Assembly: GCF_002113885.1 (NCBI RefSeq)
Contig: NW_018405566.1
Location: 1,348-65,347 of the forward strand
DNA length: 64,000 nucleotides
Source of the DNA: Mizuhopecten yessoensis
Taxonomy: Eukaryota
Reading direction: 5' to 3'
Shown here: positions 12,776 to 26,151 of the stretch, in pieces
Layout of the letters: every line of letters begins with the position of its first letter
How positions within the stretch are numbered: the first letter of the stretch is position 1
The notes under the pieces: model-generated
Databases searched by the model: none
What the model saw: the letters and a program-made list of their open reading frames with translations, nothing else
What the model was told of the DNA's origin: nothing
Translations under genes and position numbers: made by a program

Positions 12776-14779
12776 TGGAATAAAGGAGAGGGGCTGGAAT
12801 AGGAGAGGAGGCGGAGGGGAGAGAAAAATGTGAATAGTCAAAGTACGTATCCTGGTTATTCGATATGACTGTTGGATATTATATGTTAAACTGTGCAGAG
12901 CTTAACATGAACGATTGTACTGACCTACACATTTGAATGTTTAGATTGGTGTCAGGTTTTACATCTCCGAAGAGAAGGTGTTCCACAGTTATTTCATTAT
13001 ACCAGTCGAGGGACTGAAGCATTATATTACGGGATTTTTTCTTTTTTTTTCTTTTTTTACAGTTTAGTAAGAAATGGGAAGAGTCTTCTGAGTCATTTCC
13101 GCAGTCGCAGGTGGAGTCGTCTATAAGGTGAGCTTTATACTAGTCGTAATTTAAAGACCTACTACGGTTTTGTAATTTACAATGTAAAATATTAATAGAA
13201 TCCATCCCTGATGTGAGTTATGGATAAGATTATTCAAACCCAAGGGATAAAATGTGTGTGTTGAGTAGGATATTTGCTCAATATTTCATCCCGAGGGTTT
13301 TAATAACCTTTTCCTTCTACTTTGTTTGTTATGTTATTTAGGAGTTACTGATCATGTATCACTGGGGTTTTTGTGCAAACCAAGTAACATTCCCTGACTT
13401 CAGCACATCTACACACATGCATGATTTACACATAAAGAAGAACCACCTTAAATGACCTCTAGTTTAAATAGAACGTTAAGTAAAATAAAACTTACAACCA
13501 AACTGTTTTTATTCTGATTAGTGTGTAAATAACCTCTGCCGTCTAGAGCTGAATGTGATAAGATTGTTACCGTGACGTCATAGTATTTTTCTTTTCCCCT
13601 GTTGTCGGACATACCGTAGAAATCAAATCAAATGACAGAGAAAGTATACCCTTAAGGTGATAAAAGAATCATTAAAATGGTAAACGGGAGAAAAGTATGA
13701 ATGTTGGGAGAAACATATTCTTGAGCCTCGCTCGACACTTATGTGTATGATGCAAGATCGGCAAGAATCTGCATACCTGCACTTCACAGGAATACACAGA
13801 GTCTGTCGAATATAAATTACCTCTTTTAGGATTCTGTTACCTTTTTTTGTATAACTCACAGCCTAAATTAGACCAGGATTAGTGTCTCGGGATTTTATTC
13901 CCATTTTATTTGGTTAACATTGTACGAGAAACCGTTGCAAATAAGGCAAATAGTCGGAAGCTTTTCGGTAGAGGACGTAAATTATTAAGACTACAAAATC
14001 TTAGAATAACATTTATTAATTTATCACATTTAGGTTACAACATGAATAACATTGCTTGAAACTAACACGCTTAACTAGAATGGATAGAGACCTGTTAATT
14101 TATAAATGTTATACAGACTTTAAGAATAAAAAGTGAAGTTAATTATACTGCAAAATGTATATGTTTATTCATCAGATAATTTTAAATAATAATTAAGAAG
14201 CTAATAAAGCAATACAAATGAATTAAACAAGTGTCACTTACCCAACAGCTATGTTGCATACGTCTACATTTAATTGTTAACATTACAAATGACATACGAA
14301 CATGTAAGTGTGGCCAAAGTACAGGTCAAAAATGTCCAGGTGAGTAAACTCAACTGCAAATCAGAGGTCAGTCTGGACAAACGCTTGGTCATTTTTCAGT
14401 CCTGTGTCATACCATGCTTGCATTATCAGCCAGACATGATATAACTTTAAAACATACAAACTACTTATTATTTACTATACCCATACATTATCTTCCGTAT
14501 ATTTATATATTACCAAGCAATATAGATATAAACATGCAATATTCGTTTAAAGACCAAATGACCTCCATTTCAATAAGTCATAATCGCAGTTCACACCATT
14601 AAGAAACTAGGATAAATGTGTTTACTGCCACCGTTTTGTTGGTGACTGACACGCAAACGTTAGCGGCAAAAATGAAGTACAGTGTAACTATGTGAAGTGT
14701 GATACGCCAAAACGCAATAAAACCGTAAAGAATGTTTAACGTTATTGATTTTAGCATTACCTAACCAATTCGAAAGGTC

Positions 14780-15362
14780 TTGCATTTACTACAGAATGCC
14801 CTTATTTGGCAATGAAAGGAACATAGCCCCGCAATGAAAAAGGGACAAAACCCTGCTAAATAGCATTTAAAAATCACCATTTAAGAACCCATCCAATACA
14901 TTTAGGTAATGAAACATCCCACAACGTTTGACAAAAAATGAAGAACAATAGTTTGAGTTATCACGGAAACAAGTAACGGTTAACGGTAAAAACAATGAAT
15001 AGCATTGCTATGTCAAGTATGGCAGCAAAAACGAGGAAAGTTGAAACTCAACAAAAAACCCGTAATGTATGTTTAACATTAAAATTTGATTGCTTTAAGC
15101 ATAACCGTTCTGAAATTTTAAGAAATTAATTAAAGAATAAAAAAAGTTCTTTCATTTACTACAAAATGCCCTTATTTGGTCATAAACGGGACATTCCTCC
15201 ACCAAAAATAAACGTAAACTTCTGAAATGTGAACTCGTTTGAGCTCTGTTTGTATACACTATGTGTTCCGAGTTTCATCAAGATATGTTTATGAATGAAG
15301 GCAGGAGAGCAATGAAACGGACGGACGGGCATCAGTCAGTGAACGCAGCCCATACCATTATA
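14780..15362. mobile_element. Degenerate Helentron/HINE-type element
   Basis: Internal repeat tttactacaNaatgcccttatttgg x2; tttcatcaag motif; acggacggacg microsatellite near the end. Confidence 0.5.
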
Positions 15363-15604
15363 CAAATATATGACTATGTAAAAATGAACGAAACGTTGCA
15401 TTTTTATGGGATCCTCAACAAAAAATCGCACCTATAGCATCCACCACCCGCTCCGGCATATGGAGTCTCCCTCTGTTTTGTTCACACCTAGTCATCTTTT
15501 ATTTTTACAGTTCCTTAGCACATATCATAAAACATCGGAATGTCATATGCCAGGGTGTTGCCATCTTGTGTCTTGAAAAATTCGCAGGCCGTTGTAAAGT
15601 CTAC

Positions 15605-15760
15605 TCCTTAAGAATATTAGTGCCCAGAAGTAATGGTACAGCCTTGTTGAAAACATTATCCGAGTCGACAAGAAACTTCATCAAGTCCTCGGAGGTAACC
15701 GACTACTACCTCAACACAATATATGGTAGATATGTAACCATGCAAACTCTATGTCCAATA
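15605..15760 (-). mobile_element. Degraded Gypsy aspartic-protease fragment
   Basis: Minus strand reads LDIE..YLPYI..(frameshifts)..FLVDSDNVFNKAVPLLLGTNILKE. Confidence 0.45.
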
Positions 15761-15950
15761 TTTCTAAAAAGTGTTGAGGTTCCTCGTGATTCTTAGTATG
15801 ACATCCCCAAAACATATATTCTATTTATGGTCACCAGTGTTCCATTTGACTCCCTAATCAGCTAATACACCTGCTGTTACCCTCTGCATGTATCGTAGTG
15901 GGCGACTGGTGAGGGAACCCACTCCAGAATTTGAGATTTGCCTTTGTGTC

Positions 15951-16650
15951 TTCTAAGCATGGGCTAATGTTGTCTTGGATGGGATATAATCAATCCGTGA
16001 CTCATGAGTTAGCTGACGAGCAAGCGAAGCAATCACAGGATGTTAATCAAGAGCATTTCATTTTTTATTTCCCGATTTGCCAAGGCAAAGCGTCCTACCA
16101 ATAAGTTGCTCGTTGCTTTTTGCTGGTAAAACAACAGAACAAAAGCGTGCAATGGTATTGAAGACGACATTACAACCACTAGCGTCAAAATAATACCAGG
16201 GAAAACTACAAAACTGTACAATAATTAAACAGACTTACATCACGAGTTACCTTACCCGTGAGGAAAAGGGGTTTCCCTTGGAATATGGTATTTTGGTATA
16301 CAAAGGCTTAAAGCAAGTCGAACGGCCACTAAGGGTAAAATACAGGCCACACAATTTGTTTTGTATANGATTTAAAATCTGGGGGGGGGGGGATTTCCGA
16401 AAAAACATTATCAAAGGTTGCAGTTTGTTTTGATAATGTGTTTATAACAAAGCGACGGTGAATGTAAGATGGGGGAAATTTACAGTTCTGGAGCTAGACA
16501 TTTTGTGTATTGAGCAATATGGAAATACAAAACATGGAAGTACTTTATCAACCTGACAGGACAAGAGTTTCCCCTACGAACTAACGGATAACTTGTCAAG
16601 ATATTGAAAATATATAATGGCACCAACGACGTTGCTGGTACGCTGAAAAG
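15951..16650 (+). pseudogene. GCNT: GCNT paralog A, exon 1 (5'-truncated, frameshifted)
   Basis: Aligns to 31953-32654; lacks the first ~44 codons; indels; same AG|GT donor. Confidence 0.85.
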
Positions 16651-17115
16651 GTATCCTGTTTTCCTATTGATATATTCAAAGTCACTAGAAATTACTCCGG
16701 CAAGTCGATGCAGACATACTTTGTATATTTATAACTTCCTAACGGTACTTAGCGTCCAGGTAACGAATATCCGTTTAAACTGTGGTCCGAAAAATATTTA
16801 GAAATACAGTAAAAATGGTGTCTTCCAACCCCGTATACTGTTACAAACTTACATATTATGGGTACAACGCTATTATCGTAAGATAATCCATCAACACAGT
16901 AAAACGCTTATGACTTGAACTTTTAAGGGGAGGATTCGCATACATTAAGTGGCATCAATGTTTTCTGATATCTTAACAGTGCATTATTAAACACAAAAAT
17001 GGTCAAATAAATGTTTTAATAATCAATATAGTAACAACTAGGTTAAGTTGTATTTGTCGTAGATTATTTATTTTGTTGTTTCACAAAATATAAGAACTTC
17101 ATGTTTACATTTCAG

Positions 17116-17337
17116 AGCGATGGCGATGGGCGAATGCAGGAACGCCCCCTGCTGGTATAATCCTAGGGAAGGGGGCTGTTCATATCACAGTCAACAGACA
17201 CTTCGTAGATTATATACTTCATAATCAAACTGCACAAGCGTTTTTGAACTGGTGTAGAAATGCATCTGTTCCCGACGAGACTATTTTTGCTTCGTTGAAC
17301 CACAATGCTCACCTGGCTATCCCAGGGCCTGCTAACG
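17116..17337 (+). pseudogene. GCNT: GCNT paralog A, exon 2 (5-nt deletion)
   Basis: 222 nt vs 227 nt in the intact copy; splice sites retained; PDET motif. Confidence 0.85.
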
Positions 17338-17771
17338 GTAAGTAGAGGATGAAATTTATATTTTATTGTATCTCCAACTAACTTATCTATCTTGTCACCT
17401 GCAGTGGACTTGCCCAGTCGTGCAAAAGGTATAATTAAAGCGAACAAAATGTAGGTTATATATGTAACACTAGAGTGGAATTGTCTTTCGCTTCGCCTTC
17501 AATGGTACAGGGATCATTAATGGTCTTAATAAGGATACCAATTTCATATATGAAAATATTAAGAGCTTATATCACTAATCTAGTAACTTCTCGGTTGTGA
17601 CATTTGTAAAGGTACATTTTTCCTTTTCATAACTTTTGCCCTAAATGACATGCATTGTTGATGAGACGTAATAGAATACAAAATATGAACCCTGAATTAA
17701 TCTCCAGGACATGGTCAAATGCAACGTCTTAAAAGCACATTAAAACGTTGCTATGATGCAGCCCTAGGGAT

Positions 17772-17914
17772 TGTAATGATGTAGGTTGTGTACACTGCAA
17801 GTGACTGAGACTTTTCTAGATTTGAGCTGGTCACTAAGACCAGTGCAGGATGTCCTCTGACACTATAGCCGTGAGTTGGTCACTAAGACCAGTGCATGTG
17901 CAATGAGAATTACA
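17772..17914. mobile_element. Possible solo LTR
   Basis: TGTAAT...ATTACA termini; flanks gggat/gagac (degenerate 5-bp TSD); not seen in the paralogous intron. Confidence 0.35.
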
Positions 17915-18496
17915 GAGACCACTCTAGCTTTGTCAGTCCGGTTTTGGACAAGATATCTATCTGTGATAAGGTAGTTCGGTGAATCTTGCCCCTGCAGGTT
18001 TAGGGACAGAAAAGACCTGCTGTGTACCACTACAGATTGTTGTAAGAAGCCAGGCAGAACTGTGTGTCTTCTGCCTGAGGGACATTTAAGGAGCCTTTTC
18101 AAACTTCCCTTTTTTCGGTGCTGCCTTGGAAATCATCTTCAAGTGACGTTTATTGTTGCGTGGGAGAAACAGACAAAGCTTAGTTGGTTCTAGATTCGAG
18201 GTATGAAGGCTGTGTTAGGCAGGTTTTAGGGTCGCCATTATGGTCTTATTAAAGAATACTGTCGGTTCTATCTCCTTGTGTGTATATGTGCTGAAGGCGG
18301 TATATTTAGCCAGGACATGATGCCGTCTCTGCCTGAAGGTCAATGTTTTATTACGTTTATACGTGTGTCTTGTAGTGTTGTCATCATTGCATTTTCTAAC
18401 CAGTTACATAGGAATAAATTTGAGCAGTTGTTAATTTCACAATCGTTTTCAACTATTACTGTTGCCCATCTTTAACGTCACGATTACATTTTTCAG

Positions 18497-18783
18497 GTTA
18501 CGTAAAACCGTATATAAAGAACTCCAGATACAAAAATTGGGGAACCCAACCTTGTGCTGGAAGGATGGTACGATCAATTTGTATATTTGGCATTGGAGAC
18601 TTGCCTGTACTTTCCAAAAGAAAGGAATTATTTGCAAATAAGTTTTACATGAACTATCAGCCTTTCACATTCGACTGTATGGAGGAGCTTATCTACAACA
18701 GAACAAAAGAAGGTTATTTCAAAAAGATGGACGTAAATACGACGTATTACGAAAATCTGCAGTTTTTGAAAAATCACATTTAA
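18497..18783 (+). pseudogene. GCNT: GCNT paralog A, exon 3 (open, near-identical to 34827-35113)
   Basis: tttcag acceptor; CAGRMVRSICIFGIGDL..LFANKF; TAA at 18781. Confidence 0.85.
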
Positions 18784-19249
18784 AGGGACATCACGGTAAA
18801 GCCTTTTTTTCAAATTCTCATTAAACACATCAGTTTCCTTATGGAAAATAACGGTCGGATTTTATTGATACATATTCGTAACAATAAATAATTTTAAGAT
18901 AATTATCGAGATTTCTACCCGTCTGTCCATCGTTTTGTCCTGAGAAATCCTCTGCGTCATAACTACAAACACATTCGGATAGCACGCCACATCATTATAA
19001 AACAGAATGACTGTCCGTGGGAAGTGTTAGCCAGTGAAAATCGTTACCGTGTCAGCTTCGAAATGAAAAGTTGCCAAATGGTAAAAAAAATAGCACAGGG
19101 GGTACGTTACGGAACATTTATGCAGGTGGAAAGTATTCAAAGGAGAAAATAACTTCCCTAACAATTAACACGGTGCATGTATTCTTCCGGATAGCATCTT
19201 CAAGGTAAATAACAATGAAATGGTATCGACAGAAATACAGTTTATGTTA

Positions 19250-20057
19250 CAGTTATGGGATCGCACAACGTTATACGATGTGCGTTGTGCGTGCGATATG
19301 GGGACGGTAAAAATCTGGACGATTATTGGTCGCGCACATTTGTGCGGACGATAGACGAACGTCGTGCGATGACAATCGTGGTTGGTGTTTCGTGTTTTAA
19401 CATATAAACTTGATTTTCAAGTATATTTATATTCTAGTTACATATTCTTTAATTTAGAAATGGTGTTTCCGGTGTTTTTTAAACCACCCAAATCGACAAA
19501 TGTAAAATAACACATAAGGACACAGTCCTTCATACAGGTAAATACAGCCACTTTGTACCTGTACTTTGACCGTAGTTTTCCCCATCCGGGGCTCTTACGT
19601 AACTCGAAAGGTATGGAAATCAAAGTGAACAGGAGCTTAAGACTGAAACAAATGCAAATATCAAATACTAAACGTCAAGTTGTGATTTCATAAAGGTCAT
19701 ATGGTATCACATATGAGCTCTCTTTGTCAGGCACAGGCAAGGTAAAACTCCGGTAAATCATCACACTATTATTTACTGTTACCTGGGGAAAACTCTTGAT
19801 AGTCTAACGGTCACTGTAATAATGTGCGTGTGACATGCATTGTAAAATTAAACACAATTCTTATTGTTATGATGAAAAATGTATAAATAGTGTTCCTTAT
19901 TCCATACAAGCCTTCGATATTTTTTTCATACCATATCGCACTTTGTGTGGAGAGAAGCGCACAATAGGGCGAACGATAATTAAATAGCAAAGTTGTGTGG
20001 ACGGTGTGTGCACGATGTATGCACGACATTTTGGTGCTCTGTGCGATCACACAACTG
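19250..20057. mobile_element. Tc1/mariner-type MITE with TA target duplication
   Basis: TA|cagttatgggatcgcaca ... tgtgcgatcacacaactg|TA (18/20 inverted match). Confidence 0.65.
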
Positions 20058-20914
20058 TATGAATGAATATATAAAAAAAATATTGACCTCCCTAGTATCT
20101 TTGTGCAAATTGGAACACAGATGAACTTATTTTGTCAAGTAAATAGGCATGAGATGCGGGAGCTATTATGTTTTATAATATTCAAGGGTCGAGTAAAATG
20201 GTATGATTTCATTATATTGCTGAAGTAAAAGAATTTGTTTATTCACATGCAAGATTTGTATTAGTCATTTGTTTACGTTGTAAAAATGGTGCGTGCAGTC
20301 GAGGACTACGGCTTATGTTTCGGACAAAAAGAATTAGTTTATACCATCCTACCAATTCCAGAGATTAGGGACGAGACACTATTTATTACCGGGATACGAC
20401 CGGTAATAAATTTGTTACTAGAAAAAGGTTGAATGTGCTGTGTCCTTGACAAAATACAAAATAAACTTGTCCCTTGCCTGCAGTTGTGTTAATAAAAGTC
20501 AATGTCCCATTACAAGAGAACACAAAAACGCCATAAAGCAAAGTTATCTCAACATAAAAAGTTTTCATTTACAAGTAGGCTTACATCTCTGTAACGTATG
20601 GAAAATATGATTATTACGTATCTCAAGACGTTCCCTATTTGACAAACTTTCTACGTGTACGCGTAGTGGCTTTGCCAGAAATGTTGATGTGTAATTACTA
20701 ACACGATTTGCTGACGTATGGAGACAGTGAAAGTGGGAAGAAGAGTATACATGAATATATAGTGCATGGTCTAGAAAAAAGTAGTCAAAGACATTGAATT
20801 ATAATAAAACAATTCACAAGTGTTTATCTGTTTTATACTTGTAAATGCATACATACACTTTATGAAACATTTCAAAAGGATTATTCGTCTCGTGAATGTT
20901 CCTTTTTTACAAAA

Positions 20915-21440
20915 AGGTTTGTCCCGTTGTTTAAGAAGTGTGTTTAGCCTCATTTGTACTCGGCTCCGTACTGGGCACACTTATCTTACACATGTACACT
21001 GTACCTTTTAAAACGAAAGATCCACCTTCATGCCACGCATGTGTCACTCAATTTACAGTGGAATATTTTTTAATAGAATGTTCCGAATTCAAACACATTC
21101 GTGGTAATTACTTTCGAGTCCCGAATATGAAAACTCTTTTCAGTTCCGTGGACTCGAGGGCATTATTTAACTATTTGAAATAAATCGGTCTATTTTATAG
21201 GCTGATTTTTAACCCCACTTACGTTATTTATATATCACATACTCCATATCATCTATTTATTGTCTCTTTTGACACCTTTTTAATTTTTAATTATTTACAC
21301 GATTATGCGAATGCTTTTAAAAATGTTATTTTTTTTCTGTTTTATCTTTGTTACTCACATGTTTGTTAAAAATAAATAGATAAATCACCGTGGCCCTAAA
21401 TGACCATAGTTGTCGATGGGCCGTTAAACTAAAACAAACC
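20915..21440 (+). mobile_element. 3' end of a Nimb/I-group LINE (C-terminal Zn knuckle + 3' UTR)
   Basis: TRLRTGHTYLTH..PPSCHACVTQFTVEYFLIEC; tail ccctaaatgaccatagttgtcgatgggccgttaaactaaaacaaacc. Confidence 0.8.
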
Positions 21441-22711
21441 GGTAATAGATATTTTCTGGTGTCTATACATTATGCCTAGATGACAACAAATATTTGAATA
21501 TTAGCATCTGTGCAATTAACTTCTGATGATGAATAATTACTGCTAAGGGGATTCAACAAGTTTCAACACGGACTTCGAATATTATTCATTGGTTTTATAG
21601 TGCGGTAAGAAGTTACCCGACAGCCCCTTTGCAAACGTTGCATCTCGGTTTGACCACCTGAGTTTATAAACTTGTTTCAAAGCCGTCATGTGATGTTATC
21701 GGCGCTATTTTTAACAGGGCTTTCCCGAACAATGTAAGTGATCAAACTGGACATATGGAACGGACTTTGAATATGGAAATATCAAGAAAACATAATTTGC
21801 AGCAGAGCAGACAACATGTACATTCAATAACTGACACATTGGTGTTAACGGTTCATTAATGAGAGACATCGAGGTCTCCGTCTTCTAATGTGATCAAAAG
21901 ATAACGAAAATCAGGTGTATACCTACCTATCTGGTAGTAATAAAAATGCCATTCATTGCATATCCTTTGGTGTTTTAGGCCACACTACTATAGGTATTGT
22001 GATGTTTAAATAAAAGTCGCCATCCTAACCAGACAGACGTTATCTACCGTGGTGGTTCCGGACGTATGGAAGAAACAAAACAGCAGATTATTTTAAAAAT
22101 TTAAAAGAAATCCTAATATCAACAAATACTTACCTGTATACTGAAAAGATTGTTTTCATTAATAAATCGTATAATCCACATATTTAAAAATATATTAAGT
22201 AATTTGGCTATCTTTTTTATATCATCTTTTGGAATTGTTTATCATATCACTGTGGGAGATTTGGGACCTTTCTATTTAACCGACCAATCTACCAGCTTCA
22301 GCATGGCCTAGTTAAGCATGAACGCATAAAGTACAACGCATAAAACATCGCATATCGCAATATGTCCAAAAAGGTTCCTTTTTACAACAAGCGGTTTAAA
22401 TCCTCTCATATTGGTAGGTGCTAAACGATTCCGGGTCATATCCGAACTAGTTTTCGCTCTTTACCATTGTCGATAGAAGATATGTATTCTCTGATTTAGT
22501 AATTTACATGGATGTCTTAACCGTCTTTGATAAAAGGTTGATTATCTGTACCGACCCTGACGACAATGCTAATGTTGTCGATTAGGTAGGCAAGACATGC
22601 TACAGGAGAACGAAACAGCACGGGGGTACTGGGCAATAAAAACAGTTAAACGAAAACGTATTTTACAGAACAATGTGGAGTCTTAGTTGAGAAACATCAA
22701 TCTTACGACAG

Positions 22712-22867
22712 TGTAACAGCTAAGGTATATGAACGGAAAATACTGCCTTACTGGCAAGCTAGCTTTTCCTGTGATGCAGTATAACACCCGGGGATCCGCT
22801 CACTAGTTCAGCAACGTCGAGCTTGGTCAGTAGTTGGATGAATGATTTTCGTCAGGAGCCAATTACA
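22712..22867 (+). mobile_element. Solo LTR of the 5S-rRNA-containing TRIM
   Basis: TGTAAC...ATTACA; internal agttcagcaacgtcgagcttggtcagtagttggatg matches 5S box A to box C; homologous to the LTRs at 51125-51965. Confidence 0.75.
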
Positions 22868-22937
22868 CTAAAACACAACCTCCGGAATACATAAACACAT
22901 ACACGCATTTATTACATAAATGGAGGCATGCCCTTAA

Positions 22938-23574
22938 GGTAATAGGATTGTGTCGCCATGTGTAGAATTTCTGCAAATTTTGTACTTGTATTGCTTCGAA
23001 GTAAAGAAAATGTTCTGCCACAAAAATAATATAGGTTGTCAGAATTTTAAGGATTTTAAATGGAAATTTATGTAAAAAGGAGCTAGTTTTGAAAAAAAAT
23101 ATGAAACACACAATTTTTTGTCAAATAATGTCAATAAAAATGATACTGACATAGATTAGTATTGCATTAATGTATATCAATTTCATCATCAATGATGAAA
23201 TTGTGTAAAATTAGTTATCTTTAAACTATTAAAAATTGACATTTTATAATAAAACCATATACACATAGTAATTGCATGTATGAGTTATCGTTCTTGAAAA
23301 ACTTCACAGCAGTGAAATAAGTAGCCGGTTTCCTGAAGTACAGAAACATGGACACATGTGACTCATTGATTAAAAAACTTAATTGATGCCTGGATTGCTT
23401 TGAAATACTTAAATATTGAAATAACACACTGTTCTGTCAATAATAAACATATAATATTCATCAGTTTAATATTAAACATTAGAATATGCGGAAATTGTGA
23501 TACTGTCTCCCTACATTGGATTTTCAACTAGGGATGTACTTCCTATTTCCGTTTAGCAATACACTCCTATGACC
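22938..23574. mobile_element. Non-autonomous TIR element with TTAA TSD (Kolobok-like)
   Basis: TTAA|ggtaatagga ... tcctatgacc|TTAA. Confidence 0.6.
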
Positions 23575-24995
23575 TTAAATTGCATTAGCTGTTTGAAGGA
23601 CGTTTAACAAGATAACGCCAGACGTATCCCTATAAGCCAAACCGATAAAATTCTACTTACGCATTGTTCTTGATAACATTGCAGGAAACTGTCATTACTT
23701 GTAGATATCACATAAGTTAAATATATAACTGACAGTTTTTTTTTATAACAAATTATACCAAAAGAAAACAAACAGTAATACAACTTGGGGACAATAATTC
23801 CCTAAGGTCGCCATTACCCCAGGCAGTCGGCATACGAACATGACTAACAGAAATTATAATTTTACTCTGCAAAGTAAAAATGTGGCCGTATATGATAAAA
23901 CAAACTTTTGTTTCCCCTTTAAACATGAACAGGTAAAACGATCTGTATAAAACAGATTACAGGTAACATATGCTAGTATATCAACCACACAATCAAAAAC
24001 GTTAATAAAAGATTAACATATGTTTCAGGTCATGCGTGTGAGTTCAATATTTACGTATAGTGACGACTTTGAAAAAATAAAAATGGCTTTCACTTAACTG
24101 TATCAATGACCAACTTAAAAATATAATCCTTAAAACTCAACAAGCATACTGTTACTGTACCACGTGTGTCTAGTGATAGTAATCGGATCTGTTATTCGAT
24201 AACACAACTGTTTCATTCTGTTTCCTTTATATCATAGAAGGTGGCTAAGCCTGTTTGTGTGTATTCTTTTGTAGATGATTGTAACCACGCAAACACTCAA
24301 TAAATGTTGGATGTTGAAAAGAATGTCCGTGTTTTCTATTTGCACTACGCCACCTATTTGTAGACTTGGCTCAAAGTATGAACAGAACCTGAAATTGAAC
24401 ATCATACTTAAACTTACCTATACTCGCTAGGAGGTTATATCATACTGGTGTATATAAGTTTCAGGCTTTGTGGAAATTACACAGCGATAATTTAGTTTGG
24501 CCTCCAGAAGTAGCAGATATTGTGAATTTTATATCTTATTTATCACTGGAAAAGTTTGCATGCAGCTCTTTAGGTCATGTCACGGCAGTTGGCTAATATT
24601 TATAAAAGTGTATATCGCCAACACAGACTTATTTGGTCGAAAAGATACGACAATGTTTAGGTCATTTAAGCCTTTAAAATATGTCCGATTACTGATTACT
24701 CCTTTCATACAGACAATGTTATAAGCACATTGTCAGTAATGTGTAATAATTATTATGAAGTATGTTTATTTCAACTTGCCTATTCCTGGTCTTTCAATCG
24801 GGTTTTAGGGTGGGTGAGCTAGTGATTACTGCGGCGGAGCATGGTTTGAAAATGTACCATTAATAGGATAGGCCTGCGAAATCTCTGTCGGTTGGTTTGC
24901 AGTCATCAGTATCAGTATTAAGAACTTCGGTAGGTCCCGGCCTAGGAACAGAACCCATTGCCTTTCTCACCTGGCCAAACATTCAGCATTCAAGC

Positions 24996-25287
24996 TTGTT
25001 TGGTTTGGTTTAGTTTGGTTTAGTATTTTTTAACGTCCCATCAACAGCTCATATAAGGACGGCCTCCCCTGTGTACAAGATGCATGTGTGTAGGGTATGC
25101 GTGTGTGTTTTGGGAGGCTGCTATATGTTCGTGTTTGTCTCCTTGATACCGCGGAACTGATGCCGACTTCAGAGTGCTACCTCACTGGAACATACTGCCG
25201 ACGACACCCAGCAAGACACTCCACCCGGTCACATTATACTGACAACGGGCGAACCAGTCGTCCCACTCCTAAATTGTTGAGCGTTAA
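24996..25287 (-). mobile_element. Meta-type SINE (3' part)
   Basis: Contains gtcacattatactgacaacgggcgaacc (Meta-like core on the minus strand) and (AAACC)n tail. Confidence 0.8.
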
Positions 25288-26151
25288 AGACCGAGCTCAT
25301 CTATATATAGTGGACCATACTAAAACATTGCAGATCATGTACAACTTTAAACTGCAGCAGAAGTGTTTCACTTGCTCTACTATTATTGAAATGTTAGTCT
25401 TAATAACGATATATTTTTACCAAAAGTGTGCTTGTTTATTAAATCCTACTCTGAAGAAATGAGTTTTCTTAATAATCAAAATAGTCCCTTACTGGCTACC
25501 ATTAGCAGTATAAAAATAAGTAACGATGAACTTGACCCAACAGCCCTGAAACTGAAACTTGTCTGATATTATGGTCCTTAACTAGTGTTTCAAACCGATG
25601 GAAATCCTTCAAGGAATGAAGCTGCTACAGCGCAAACAATGATCACTGCAAACCAAAATTGACCCGTAAGATTATAGGAAAGTTTACGATTAAATAAATA
25701 AATAAATAAATGTTATACAGATCACAAAAATAAATAATTATGATATTATTGTTACAATTTTGTATTATCATGGTTAATTATACAAAAACTTGAAACGAGA
25801 TTGTATAATTTCCAATGCTTGTAATCACGGACTTATGCAAGTCCCTTGTGTATCTCTCCTTCTCTCGATATTGTAACGAGGTTAAAGACCTATATAACTA
25901 TTCAGTTTCTGGTTAATGTGAATAATATGTGTATACGGTTTTATTTTTTGATGTTCAATATGCTACTTGTATTATACTAATTGGGCAATTATCTATTGGG
26001 AAGCTATCTATAAACTCGTGAGGCACAGCTGCTGACGGCTACTTTAGTATAAGTCATCATTCTCTTTCATTTGGAGATTTTACAAACTACGCAATGATGG
26101 ACAAGGGGGAAAATCTCTTACACACACACATTAGAGTATCTGAATACGAGG

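Noticed and set aside
16040-16520. All exon-1 lesions of GCNT copy A as real mutations
   Set aside because: An N at 16368, a poly-G run and clustered homopolymer-type changes look like low-quality sequence; the pseudogene call rests on the 5' truncation and exon-2 deletion instead.
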